This document shows positions 15,234-28,713 of a stretch of 64,000 nt of DNA, piece by piece. The notes under the pieces were generated by a model. The model saw only the letters and a program-made list of their open reading frames with translations, was not told the origin of the DNA and did no database searches. Position 1 is the first letter of the stretch. Each line of letters begins with the position of its first letter. Both the position numbers and the translations under genes were made by a program. Source of the stretch: Eledone cirrhosa (Eukaryota); NCBI GenBank assembly GCA_964016885.1, contig OZ024741.1, positions 230,392,001 through 230,456,000 of the forward strand, written 5' to 3'.

Positions 15234-16046
15234 ATAATATCGCACAAATATCACTGCAGTACTATTTCTGAATATCACAATTATGTTACATGTTACAGTA
15301 TCACAAGTCAATAACTGTAAGACATTAGCCACAAGCAATCATAAATAATGTATATTACATACAATAAAGGAGCAGTATACAACCAACATAGAAAAAGAAG
15401 AAAAATATTGTTATTAACATACGGAACATCTCTATGAGCAAAACAGCTAAAAATTCGAATTATCGAAACACACAATAATTTGAAATTTGAAAACCTGTGA
15501 ATTACAAAGCAAACATTTCTAGTCTCAGTAGTCGAATATTATAAATAATAGTCTACAAAATCTGGAAAAATATTTCTATATGTATATATTTACTTGTGTG
15601 CACACGCAGATGGTCCTGGGAGGGCTTGTAGCCAATTTTCACCAATCCTGGAATAGGACACTTATCTAAAATAAGGGCCAGTTACTGCAATAAATTGGCT
15701 TTAAAGGCACCACGCGACTTTAGCAGATTGCCATAATATTTGAGAGAACTACACGTTGTATTTGTAGATGTTCTACAACATTCTGCTGGAATTCCAGATG
15801 AACCTACCTCACAGCAAGTATCACACATGAGGACAGCGATGTGAAACAGTCATTCATTTATAGCTAAACAAGGAAGGGTTCATAAAAAGACCAGCAATAA
15901 TACCAGTATCACAGCATGGATTGAAAAGGTAACAGCATGAAATGTAAAAGTGCATATATATTTATACAAACTATCACGGCAAAACATGCATGTATATGAC
16001 TGTGGATTACGTGTACACACACACACACACACACACGCGTACTTAC

Positions 16047-16505
16047 ACGGCTCCACCAAATCAAATCAAATTGTATTAGACCTCGGGAGTGTCAACAAGT
16101 AATTTTTATTTATATTTGGATTAAAACAATATAACATTTAACTAAAATAATCTTTCTATAGTTCAACTATAGTAAAGCACCACGACAACGACGATGACGT
16201 CGTCACATTTTGTATATGAGTGTGTCTGTGTCTGTGAGTGTGTGTGTGTTTGTACATTTGTTACGTACATTAAACCTCAGAGAATTAAACACACACACAT
16301 CTACATATAGCCTTAGAAAGTTGCATACAATACGCATTATCTTCACACACAGAGAATTAAACACGCACACATCTACTCATACATATACATAGGTTGACAG
16401 ATAAGTAATAGGTGTGCATGAATGTTTATCTGTGCTTGTCTGTCTTAGTATATGTATATGAGACTGTATGTGTGTGAGTGTATATGAAAGTGTATGAGTG
16501 TGTGA
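16047..16505 (+). mobile_element. Internal fragment of a non-autonomous Helitron family
   Basis: Shares ttggattaaaacaatataa, acgacgatgacg...ttttgtatatgagtgtg and aattaaacacgcac with 42741-43544. Confidence 0.6.
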
Positions 16506-16791
16506 TAATCTTTATTTCGACGTTAGGCCTCAGAATTAAACATTTGATTATACAGATGCAATGTATATATCTACGGAATTCAGTAGTGAGGTGGCAAAAA
16601 AATGAACAAATTTATCGGGGAAATAAACAATAGTTCAATATGATCAGCAACCTAACGATCATCAAATCAACCAATAATAACATCAAGGTTATTGATATAT
16701 CCCATAAATTTATTATGGTCATCAACAAAAATTAATACAGTTAACATAAAAAAAATTGATGACCGGGTCAGTTGAAAAGTTAACGAAAGGC

Positions 16792-16974
16792 AATTGTTTC
16801 TACATTTGGCACAAGGCCAGCAATTATCCAGTACATTACTGGTACTTTATTTTATCGACCCCGTAAGGATGAAAGGCAAAGTTAACCTCGGCGGGATTTG
16901 AACTCAGATCGTAAAGGGACGTAACTATGCTGGAAAGCATGGCGTCCGACTCTCTACCTATACTGCCAATCCAC
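16792..16974 (-). mobile_element. SINE (copy 5)
   Basis: Near-identical to copy 3. Confidence 0.9.
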
Positions 16975-17136
16975 TGGTAATTTCCCAAACTACCGCCAGT
17001 TCCACCAAACACTGGACTGTTACTGATAGTTATGTAACGTGCATATTCCGAAAATCTGTTGTAACATCCATAATCAGTGGGTATTGTTCAGTAAAGTAAC
17101 AAATTAAATTTGAAAATTCTTCAGTAATATTGTTTA

Positions 17137-20100
17137 CTAGCATAGGCACCCGGCTTTGCCCGGGAATGAAATTGTTCCATACATATTAGAAGAAAAGAGC
17201 AAAATATGTTGTATAGAAATGTGCTATTCTAAATTCAATTTATTCTTCCGTTGGGATATACGATGAAATCAATTCTGAGTTCATAAAAAAAAAGAATTTT
17301 GTGAGCAAAATAAATTTCCAATTTCATGGGGGGGGGGGGGGGGGGGGGCTAAGAAAGGGTTGTGTGTGTGTTCACCTTTAACGAAGGGAAGCAAATGTTG
17401 TTAGGAAAAATAAGTAAAGGTAAACCGGGCTTGTTAAGAAGAGCGATAACGTACCTATCTGTCCATTGTAGTGCTTATAACACTGTTTTAGCGGATGCTG
17501 GACGATTTGAACTTACCATTGCGGTAGCCGTCAAACAATTTCAGGTAGGGCCCCTTAAATAGGGTTGTGTGTGCGTTCAATGACATCCCTAAAAATGAGG
17601 AGTCACCATCAACAATTTCGGCCCTAAAAGGGCTGTTTCATCGTTCACTTGCAGCAGCCCTTGAAAGGACTTTGACTGCGTTCTCCAACGGCCGCAAAAA
17701 GGACTTCAGTTGCGTTCATTAGCAGTCATTAGAATGACTGATGCGTTAACGATTTGTTCAGCCGCCTTAAATTGCCACGCCGATTGTCAAGCTGGGTTCC
17801 TCTTTGAAGGCGATCACCTTAAACCGAGGGAAACATACGTTTTACTTAAGAGACTGTTTAAAAGCTCATCAGGCTGGCTAGAGCAATGGTGATTGCGGAC
17901 CTATCTCCTCGCTGTTGCATTTACAACACCTCGTTGTAAACGATGTTTCTTGTTTTTCCTCGGCGTGCAAATGCTGGCCACTCTAGAGCGCCCAACGTAC
18001 AATTGTCGGTGGGAGAAACACGATTCTTCCACAAGAAGTCCGGCCACAGAAAAAGTCTGGCCCTGGGACTTGTTGATGAACCTAGCAAAACTGACCCGAA
18101 GCGGAAATTGGAGTCTTCGGAAGGTGAACGGAATTTCTGCTCCCGAGGAAATGAGAGGAATTCTCGGAATGAAGACATCATCACCTTTTCCGCATCCAGA
18201 AAAGATTGTTGCCTCGATTACATGTGCCATCAATTATTTTACAGCCAGCAGTAACCCGTTGCACAGTCATGGTGGTTCCAAATTCCGCAGCAGCATTATA
18301 GGGGTGCCAACTTTAAGGAGAAGCATGTGAAGCGGTAGTCCTGGGGGCTCCAAAGAATTGAGGAACTCCGGCGGAAAGATCACACTTCGTTGGGATCTGG
18401 CATCGTGTCAACAGATTTGTAAGTGTGAAGAACACCAGGAAGGGAGTGCAGTAGTTGGTCGTTGGTTTTGTTAACAGTGACGTTCTTTTGATCTAGCACT
18501 GCTCTTTCACTCAACCATGCGTGGTTCTAGTAATTGTCTCTCAAATCTGGAAACAATTTGTCTTTCAGCTCCCCAGCAGAATTAACTGAGCTCGAAAATG
18601 GCCATACTTCCAGCTCTTCTGCAGCGTCCAGAGGTATTTTGCCGTCGCCAAGTTTCAAAATGTCCTGTGGAAATTCCGCGGACGTTTGGTCGCCGTGTAA
18701 TTGAACTCTCATGTTGGTTGTAAGAATCAGTGTCCTGACATGGCACCACAGAGGAGAGGACTTTAGGCATGCTTGGACCTCATCTGCTCTTGTGCCTTTG
18801 GGAATGACGGAAAGAGTCTGCCTGAAGTCACCAGAAAGCAGAAGCGTAACACCTCCCGTGGCAGCCTGGTAGACTCTGATGTCATGTACAGCTCTGTTTA
18901 ATTCGTCCAGAGCTCCCTTATGTGCCATGGTGCACTCAACCTACACAATGAGCTGACATCGTTTTAGGACTTGGCTCTGGTCGGAGGCCTTGCTGATGCT
19001 GCAAGTAGGCGTTTCTGGCGTTGTTAAATTGAGAGGCAATTTAAAACTGGAGTGTGTGGTCCTGCCACCAGACAACAAAATGGCAGCAATTCCAGAAGAG
19101 ACAACAGCAATCGCAATGTCCTCGTGCATCCTGACCTTTGCAAGGAGGAGTATCGTTAAAAATGTTTTGCCCGTCCCTGCAGGAGCATCCTTTTCTGTGA
19201 CGCACATGGTCGGCAACAATGGTGTAAGCACGACGTTGGTCGGGAAGAAGTTGTGGTTCAGTTTCAAGGACGTACTTGGTAAGAGATTCGACGTCGTAGG
19301 ACGTTTCTTGGAGAAGAGCTGTAGGAAGTACGTTTGACCCTCTACAGATTGTTTGGAGCAGACTATATGAGGGCAAATAATTTCTGCCGAGTGATGCAAC
19401 TCTATCCTCTATGTCTATCAACGCTAGATTGAAGACCTCGTCACCGGTACGTTCCATCTCAGGGTATTTCACTTGCGTCTGACGTTTGTAGTCCTCGGAT
19501 AAGTCATCTTTATATTTGCACCACAAAGAGATAGGATTACTCAGTTCTCAAGTTTGCAGCAGTACTGCAAATAGAGCTCGTAGGTGCATAGACGATTGAG
19601 ATGCAACAGCTTCGAATAAAGAGGCAGCCCACTGAGCACCGTCTTCTAGCAGGCCGCGATTGAAGTAAGCTTCCCTGTAAGTGCTGCACATGGAACCGTC
19701 GGCAGTTCTAAGCTCATGAAAGGACTGGGGTCCTCTTATCTGATGTAGCAGAAGACGGAGGTAGAAGCACTCGTGCTGGTTCGGGTGCACTGTGTAAACT
19801 CGCTCTAGGCAACTGTCAAACTTTATGACAGGATGTCCATCAACAGGCTGACCTGCCTTTCCGCGAACCCATTGTTGTTTATTCCATGTGTAATAGGACG
19901 ACACCTGAGCATACAGCAGGGTTTGAGCAAATGAATCGGCCTGACAAATTTGAAGAATGCAGTGAGGATGGTTTCCCGTGGTTCCTCCACCATTTGAGCA
20001 GCATTAACGTCAGTGAAGTACGCCCTTTGACCGTTCTCCAGGTGGACTGCGAGCTGTTCAATTGCAGGGTGCCTTTGGTGTATAGGGAAGCCGAAAATAC

Positions 20101-22703
20101 GCCAGAAAGCCTCGTTGCTACTGATGTAACGACCAACTTGGTATTACGTGACCTCATCACGGCTGTTGTGCTGTTGAAGACCGAACATAGCAGCGTCTGA
20201 ACCCTTATTCACATATTTACATATGTACTTGATTGACTTGACGGAATTACAAAACTCGACATTGATGTGAGCACTGAAGGTCTTGGAAAGAAATGGGCAG
20301 TATGGCACTATCCATATGTTGTCGACCTCGTGCTGTCCAACTGTTGCTGTAAAACCACCGTCTCCCGGTTGGCGTCGCCTGTACAGTGGGTATCCGTCAA
20401 CGCCAGTCTGGGTTTCTTGGAGGAACTTTCGGGGAAATCTTTTGCTGCAGACATTATCGTTCAAACAGGGTGAGCTTAAATTGAAACCCCGCCCACATGG
20501 ACCATGGACCATGTTTGTATTTACTATGTCATAGAAGTCTTTGTCTATAGATGGAGCGGGAAACTCTGCGGAGATGATGCTGCCAATGTTATTTGAAAAT
20601 ATTTTTTTTGACAACCAAATGAGGATGCGGGCGTGCGGGGGACCCCTCTTCTGCTACACTACGGTGGACATGTCGCATTTTACTGGGCCAAAGACTTGCC
20701 CTCTCTTGATGAGCTCCATAAGATTGATAAGCTTCAGCCGAAAGACTCGAGCAAGGAGGTCATGCCTGTCTTTGGCCTGTTGCCCTTGGAACAGTTCTGC
20801 CCCGATCTCCTTCCACTTTAGATTGCAAGTGAATGTGATGAACAGATCGGGCCTGCCGTAATGCCGTACGTAGGTCATAGCATCCTGCGTTCTCTCGTGC
20901 ATGTAGCGCGGACTTCCGGTGAAGGTGGAGGGGAGAATGCAGACTTTTCCTACGCTGCTGGGAGCTGCGTCATTGTTGATGGCATCTCGGAGATGGATAA
21001 GCTCTCGGACCGCAGTTGCCTTTGGTGTGACCGTATGAAACACAGTTTCCCCGATTCCATTTTTGCGCATATATCAACGGTGGATTGCTGAAGTAGGTCT
21101 CTTGACTGGTGCAGGTGATTGAATGAATCGTGGTGAACCATGAAGCGGTAGGAGTAGAAATCCATGCATTAAACAGGTTTTTTGACGGAGTGTTGAGGGT
21201 TTACTGGATTATGCTGGTGAATTTCGTACTGATAGCCGTCCTCACTATTTACAAAGATAAGTGGATATTCGAGCGCATCATAAGACCTATGTGTTTCGCT
21301 GATTCGCTGAAGAGTGCTATCTCGACGCTTGAGGAAAATGTCTCGTGGATTATGCTGACCCCAATGCATAAGTACAGCGATTACATTGCATGCAGGATAA
21401 TTATACCGACCCTGATGCTCCCCAGATTGCATTTTCGCGGCATCAATTACCACATTAAAATTGTCTGTAGTATCTGCTTCCAAGGCATACTTGAAGCTAA
21501 TGACATAGCTGTTGTTTGTGTGCAGAATGTCTTGCAGTTTCCTTATAAGCTCGACGTTGGTACCAGGTGAAATGGAGTTTGTCATGGTTGCCTGCTCCTT
21601 GACATTCCCAACAAAGTACAGCTGAACAAATTGTGGTTCGTGATTGGCGGCAGGTTGTAGGGATCCGATTTTATGGTACACCTGACCTTGCACCTTAAAT
21701 GTGGGCATAAATCTGCCTTCCTTGACAATGTTCGGCCCTGTAAGATGTCATTTGGAAAGGACAGTTATACCTCCAGATGTAAGTCAGGAATTGCCGTGAC
21801 TCCGCAGTACTGTCTGAATATAGGAGCTTCAACGGTTGTGGTGGATCCTCCAGGGGACGTAATTTTACTTTTCCATTTTCGCAACACAAGCCAGGTGTTT
21901 CTCCGGGCCACTTTTTTGCATTGCAGAAAGAGCACGTCTTTGACATACTCCCAATTCGCATGTCTGGATGGCCACTGTAATCAAAGTAAGGGTTGAACTC
22001 GAATGCTTCTAAGGACCATCGTGAGCAACACGGCCTTGAAATACCCTGCCCAAAGGCCCTTCGTTGAGCATTACATTGTAGTCGAATGTCTCGTTCTTGC
22101 TAGGTATGTGCAGCTCGCGCTGCAGCAATATTCGCAGCATCCGAACTCCGACGTCTTTTACGCTGGTCGTCCGTCTCGGCTGCTCGTGCAACAGTAGTTG
22201 ATGCGACATTAGTGGTTCGGCGAATGGTTCATTGGTTGTCTGTTTCAAGTGCTCTTCTGGTGGCAGCAGGCTTAGCCGCTTGCGACCATCGAATAGCAGA
22301 TTCCACTGACGATTCGTTTGCCCGCCCTGATCTTGTTGCTGCTTTCGCAGTTTTTCGGCCAATGGAGTATCTTTTCCTTCGAGGCATGACCTAAAAGCAG
22401 GACGAAGTACACTGAAACGCACTGGTAGAGTAAGGAGTAAACTCGTCAGTGAATTAAAAACCGATGCATGTGATTTCCGAACGGTTGACTATGTAATTGC
22501 TAAGCCGTGAGTGCCGTCTTAACCGGGGTATGGATAGGGAGAGGGGTAACAGTAAGAGCAGTGGTTAGAATGAGTGTAAGTTAGAGAATATGTTGTCACT
22601 GAAAAAAAATGGCGTAAGTGACGCCACACGCACGTACACACACACACTCATGCACGCAAACGCACAAACGCACGCAAACTCATGCACGCACGTGTGCACG
22701 TAG

Positions 22704-22736
<33 letters not shown>

Positions 22737-23251
22737 TGTTAATAGATTTAACTCTTAGTGGAACGCTGCACGAACACACACACGCGCGCACGCTCACACA
22801 CATGTTAATTAGTTATAGCTTTCCTTTCCATCTTCCACTGTCATGTATCAAACACAGCGTCTCTCGCTCTCTCTCGCTCTTTCCCGCTATCCCCCTCTTT
22901 TAGTGTCTGCTTCTTTCACTCTCACTCTTTATTTTTATAACTCACTCACGTTTCTCCCCTCTATCGAAAAACGCTGTGACGAATGGGGAGATGGAGGAGG
23001 AGGAGTAGAGAGCCAATTCGTCACTTCGCCTCTCCGTTTCTTTCTCTCCCCTCTCACTCTCGCATTATGTACAGACATTGGCCACTTCACTTATTCGATC
23101 TCTAGGTCTAAATAATTTGAAAAATGTTTTTGCCCAAAACACTCACAGAGCCAGACGCATTACATGTGTAAAGTTTGGAAAAGAACCGTTGGGTACTTCT
23201 CGAGTTTTAGGGAAACAGATACACAGACATTCTTTGTTTTATATATATAGA
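17137..23251 (-). mobile_element. Autonomous-type Helitron A with both termini
   Basis: Minus-strand 5' TCTATATATATAAAAC at 23251; 3' hairpin CCCGGGCAAAGCCGGG followed by CTAG ending at 17137, then T. Confidence 0.92.
17921..22387 (-). pseudogene. Helitron RepHel (HUH replicase plus PIF1-like helicase), disrupted
   Basis: MPRRKR start; CSFC..CC zinc motif; PDLFITFTCN; QKRGPPHARILIW; KYICKYVNKG; APAGTGKT; LLSGDFRQ; INKSQGQT; QLYVGRSRV; multiple frameshifts and stops. Confidence 0.93.
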
Positions 23252-24012
23252 CTAGCAGTGGTACCCGGCGTTGTACGGTATAAAGTATTTTGGAACGCGG
23301 GCCGCCAACAAACCTAATCATGGAAAAACTGCATGCCTGGGCAATATGTAAAAAAAATAAACCGAATACTCTGATGCAATTAGTATTAGGTATGCTTCTC
23401 TTTCCACGTGGAGAACATCGGCTTGGTGATTTTGGACTTTAAGAAAGCGGCATGAGTCAGAAGTTTGGGAATTTTTATTTTGTCCACATGAAGGTGGATA
23501 AGCTAATTAATTAATGTAGCACTTTTTTATGGTAATTGGCTGGATAATCTTTAAAATTTTCCTCGATGAAGCAGGAGAAATGCAGGTTTTCACCTAATGC
23601 GGACCCTAGGGGATCAGAAGAATGAGTTTTTTTAATGTGCATAATATGCCTTGAAATTTTGGGAAAATCGGCTAGACGTAACGCCTTAAAAAAGCCCTAA
23701 AATGCTGGAAAAATGAAGTGTTTCACATAATGAGGGCCCTAAGCCATAAAAAAGTTGGATTTTCTTTGCACACACATTGAAGAAGAGACTGACTAATACA
23801 TAGTTACAATTTTAAGGAAATAGATCAGACGTAACCCCTCAAAAAACCCCTAAAAAGCTGGGAAAAAACGCAGTTTTTCACCTAATGCAGGCACTAGGGG
23901 ATCAAAAAGTTGAATTTAGGTGCATAACACTCCCTGAAACATAAGTAATACAGATGTAAATTTTTTTTAAAAATCGGTTAGGTACTTCTAGAGTTTTAGG
24001 GAAACAGATACA
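23252..24012 (-). mobile_element. Non-autonomous Helitron C abutting the 5' end of Helitron A
   Basis: Minus-strand 3' end ccgtacaacgccgggtaccactgCTAG; body homologous to 1450-2037. Confidence 0.82.
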
Positions 24013-25159
24013 TCCATCTCCTTCTCACTCTTCCCACATATTAGAAAAGAACAAAATATGTTGTATAGAAACGTATTATTCTCAATTCAATTTATTCTTC
24101 AATTGGGACACACGATGAAATCAATTCTGAGTTCATAAAAAAAAAATTGTTCTGAGCAAAATAAATTTCCATTTTCATGGAGGAGGGATTAAGAAAGGGT
24201 CGTGTGTGTGTGTTCACCTTTAACGAAAGGAAGCAAATGTTAGGAAAAATAAGTAAAGGTAAACCCGGCTTGTTAAGAAGAGCGATAACGTACCTGTCTG
24301 TCCACTGTAGCTCTTATAACACTGTTTTAGCGCATGCTGGACGATTTGAATTTACCATTGTGTCAAACAATTTCAAGTAGGGCCGCTTAAATAGGGTTGT
24401 GTGTGCGTTCACTGACAGCCCTAAAATGAGGGGTCAATGTCTGGATGGCCACTGTAATCAAAGTCAGGGTTGAACTCGAATGCTTCTAAGGACCATCGTG
24501 AGCAATACGGCCTTGAAATACCCTGCCCAAAGGCCCTTCGTTGAGCATTACATTGTAGTCGAATGTCCCGTTCTGGCGAGGTCTGTGTAGCTCGCACAGC
24601 AGCAGTATTCGCAGCATCCGAACTCCGTCGTCTTTTACGCTGGCCGTCCGTCTCGGCTGCTCGTCCAACAGAAGCTGATGCGGCATTAGTGGTTCGGCGA
24701 ATGGTTGGTTGGTTGTCTGTTTCAAGTGCTCTTCAAGTGGCAGCACGTTTAGCATCTTGCGACCGTCGAATAGCAGATTCCACTGACGATTCGTTTGCCC
24801 ACCCTGTTCTTCTTGTTGCTGCTTTCGCAGTTTTTCGGCCAATGAAGTGTCTCTTCCTTCGAGGCATGACCTAAAAACAGGACGAAGTACACTGAAACTC
24901 ACTGGTAGAGTAAGGAGTAAACTAGTCAGTGAATTAAAGACCGATGCATGTGATTTCAGAACGGTTGACTATGTAATTGTTAAGCCATGAGTGCCGTCTT
25001 AACTGGTGTATGAATAGGGAGAGGGGTAAGAGTAAGAGCAGCGGTTGGAATGAGTGTACGTTAGTGAATGTATATATATTTCAGTGCAGAAGTAAATGAT
25101 AAAGTAGAAAAATCAAACTTTCCAGTTGTTGTCTTCCTGTTTCTTCTACATCAACTACA

Positions 25160-25530
25160 ATGGAGAAGGCGTTTTCCCGGAGGACGGCAAGGGAGACCCG
25201 CTGGGAAAGCCACTCCAACCTGTGTGTCTCAGACCTGCGGCTGGTCAGCTCAGCACCTATGGTGGTGTGTAAGGAGGTAGCCCTGGGGCCGAGGACACCA
25301 GAAGTCTCCACTGCCAGGGGTAAGCACGCAAACCTGTCGGAGAGCGATCGGTATTTGTGGAGTTTGGCCCCCTCAGCCCGACGTGCAGCACAACCTGGGT
25401 CAGTCGCAGACTGCACCAGGTTGCGGCTGCAGAAAGTGTCGGTGCAAGTGGAATCCCAGACGAGGGGTTTGGCACCGCGGAACGGGAAGATGATCATGCC
25501 ATCATGCCACCGGCTCGAGCTGGGAAGGGA
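25160..25530 (-). mobile_element. CRE-like endonuclease fragment inserted in Helitron B
   Basis: DGMIIFPFRGAKPLVWDSTCTDTF...WLSQRVSLAVLRENA; paralogue of 2975-3465. Confidence 0.75.
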
Positions 25531-26293
25531 AATGAATATGTTGTCACTGAAAAAAATGGCGTAAGTGAAACGCCACACGCACGTACACACAAACACTCAC
25601 GCACGCAAACGCACAAACGCACGCAAACTCACGCACGCATGTGTGCACGTAAACACACATGTTAATAGATTTAACTCTTAGTGGAACGCTGCGCGAACAC
25701 AAACACACACGCGCAAGCACACACACACGCACACATGTTAATTAGTTATAGCTTTCCTTTCCCCCTTCCACTGTCATTTTATCAAACACAACGTCTGTCG
25801 CTCTCTCTCGCGCTACCCCCCTCTTTTAGTATGTCTGTTTCTTTCACTCTCACCCTTTCTCTTTATAACTCACTCACATTTCTCCCCTCTATCGAAAAAC
25901 GCTGTGACGAATGTGGAGATGAAGGAGAAGGAGTAGAGAGCCACTTCGTCACTTCGCCTCTCCGATTTTTCTCTCCCCTCTCACTCCCTCATTATGTAGA
26001 GACATTGGCCACTTCACTAATTCGATCCCTAGGACTAAATAATTTGAAATTTTTCTAGCTCAAAACACTCACAGGGCCATATGTATTACATGTGTAAAGT
26101 CGGGGTCACCACTTTAGAAGTATTGGTTATTGAGTAGTCGCCACTTTAGCAGGGTGGTAGAATCAGTGGTCGTTAGTTGCCAGTGTGGTAAGTGATAGTA
26201 TCCTCGTTGGATTATCTTGTTGACATAGACGTGAGGGAAGGTCCCTCGATCTATTTACCATATATTTACAATATTCCTTTCGTCAGGTCGCCA

Positions 26294-26664
26294 ATTCCAG
26301 CAGCATGGATTATAGATGTTATTGAGACACGAGTAACATAACAATGATTTCAACAGCAGTAATTAGAGATGAAATGTTTGTTTATTTATATGGTTGAAGT
26401 TACAGATAAAAAGAGGTTACAAAAGGGAATGTGCCATTGCGCCGTTAAGCCGGCGAGGCTAGGGGTGCAATATCTCACTGTTACATTATGCGTGTTGCTG
26501 GCTCGAAGTTTCTGGTACAAGAGAGAGATTCTTCAAATCTTCACGGGGAATTTCTTCCTCAGGGCGCGTAGGGATACATCCTCTTCTACTGGCGCTGATT
26601 GGCTGAACTGAGCCAAATCACGCACAGAGAATGTATGTGAGCCCGCGGAATGTAGGTCACTACA
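26294..26664 (-). repeat. Putative Gypsy LTR X
   Basis: Minus strand starts TGTAGTG after tctggtcggaggtga and is followed by PBS-like TGGCGACCTGACG; its last about 90 bp resemble LTR Y. Confidence 0.55.
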
Positions 26665-28244
26665 TCACCTCCGACCAGATTTTCAGCCGAAAATCGATAA
26701 CGAAGAAACCAAGGACCCACATATTATTAAATCAGCAAGAACAAATGCTGAAAGAGCACATCAGTGAAAAAATAATTGAGCAGAAGGTTGCATGCAAGAA
26801 CAAAAAATGAGGCGCTACGGGCCGTGTTGAGCCGCTGTGTCAAATGACCAGTTGTTTTGTTGTTTATACGTGACCGCCAAAGGTCTAACAAAAAACGGAT
26901 AAAGTCTGACATGGGCAAGTTGCTGTTCTTGCATTAAATGTTAATGGTAAGCGTTGTACCAGTAGCTGTGAACGAAGCTATTATGGTAGTTTACCAGTGT
27001 TGGCGAGAAAATGATGGCCCCCAGATGTATTGTCGAATGTGCTGTGGAGCCAGGAAAAAATGGCTGGTTGCTTTGTAAAGAACAAAAGGAAAGTTTAATC
27101 TGTAGGTGGGTTGCAGTGTAAATTCCACAATTCCGGTGAATCCACAGAAGTGGCTGAAATGCTGACAAGTCCAGTTCAATTTGTTGCTCTCCCAGCGAGT
27201 CGGGCAAAAACAACAAGACGGATGGCCGTCATGGACGATCAGTGTGCAACGAGATGCGAAGCTGTTTGAGTTCAGCTGCAATTAGAATTCTCGTGTTGCG
27301 GTGCCTGTTTGAATCCAGTGGATTAAGCTCTGTGAGCTGCTAGCATGTGACAGCATCTCAACCAGGTGAAAAGGGACTCGCAGAACATTACGTTTGAAGA
27401 CATATACCAAGAACAACATGTTGTAAAAAAAATGTGTGCATATGCAGGCATGTAAAACAGCAAAGAATGTGAATGAACAAAAAAACCATCAACAAGCAAA
27501 TAGCAAAAGAGCACAAAACAAGTAAATGCATTCTACAAAGAAATATCTGAATGTAACAAACTGATAATTCAAAGTCAATCTAAGGGAGCAGAGAAATTGC
27601 TCAATAAGTTCAAAGTTTTTCAAAGTCAAATAGTTCACACATCACCAGTGTACAGACACTAGTTCTATCTGAAAACTGAAAAAGAAGTTTGTTAATGCCG
27701 TTAGGGGTTAGATGTATGGTGTTTTTGTGAGTTTTCGTGGCCATTTTACCGTCCCGCCACACGGTTGTGTTGCTTATTGTTAAAGCAAAGTCAAAGAATC
27801 TTCTGTAGAGTAGGAGTCACCAAATATGGCAGCCACGTCTGACGCCATAATGGTGAGAAAACTACTGTCTCAATTTCTCGCGTCCCTGTGGTAACGAGAC
27901 AGAAGGTATGGTGGTTGCATCGGTAAAGTTACAAGCCGTTTTGAAATTTCCGATGTGTGGTGGTTGGCGTCGGTAAGGTTATGAAGCTGCCACTCACTGT
28001 TCCCTGTATTGGTCAGTGGTTAAACAACGCTGTCGCTGCTGCTGTCATTGTTGTTGTCAAGTGTAGCCATGACATGTCGGTAGCCATCTTGAAATTTTTT
28101 CGTGGCGAAAAAGTTTGTGAAATACTGCTAATTTTTCAAAAATCTTAAAATGAATATTTTGGATTTTCGCAAGTTGCGACGTGGCAATAAAAGTTCAACT
28201 GAATGAATAAGAAGGGCTGCGTTAAATTCTTACGTCGGTCACCA

Positions 28245-28480
28245 CTTTAGCAGTATTAGTTGTAGATGTTATCGAGATACGAGTGACATAATAATTATTT
28301 CAACAGCAGAAATTAGAGATGAAATATACGTTTATTTTTTGACGTAGCACAAACAATGGTGTTGTACAGAGGCTGGTTTCTGGCGTGTGTTCAGTCGGCT
28401 TTTCAATGGCTGTCTGTGTTTTCTTTCTGGCGTTCCTAACCGGCGTTGTTCTATCAAGGAGCGTGAGGCGTCTTACTACA
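28245..28480 (-). repeat. Putative Gypsy LTR Y
   Basis: Minus strand starts TGTAGTAAG after tctggctcgaggtac and is followed by PBS-like TGGTGACCGACGT. Confidence 0.6.
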
Positions 28481-28713
28481 GTACCTCGAGCCAGATTTTC
28501 AAATTATCGAAAAATCGATGTCATTACTCACATGTGGAGTAAGATGGCGAACAATGCAACAAGGGGGAGCCATCCGCTCTAGCAAAAATTGAATCCAGAA
28601 TAAGGATTTGAAAAATGTTAAAAAAAAAAAAAACGACATGCATGCATAAAAAAAAACAAGGCAAAGAAAAAGCAGAAACACAGAGGCAAAAAAAAAGGTG
28701 CAGCTAACATAGT

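Noticed and set aside
22009-22422. 137-aa ORF (and its 138-aa twin at 24486-24902) as a captured gene
   Set aside because: It is an alternative frame over the Helitron N-terminus; the MPRRKR/STPR-like frame is the meaningful one.
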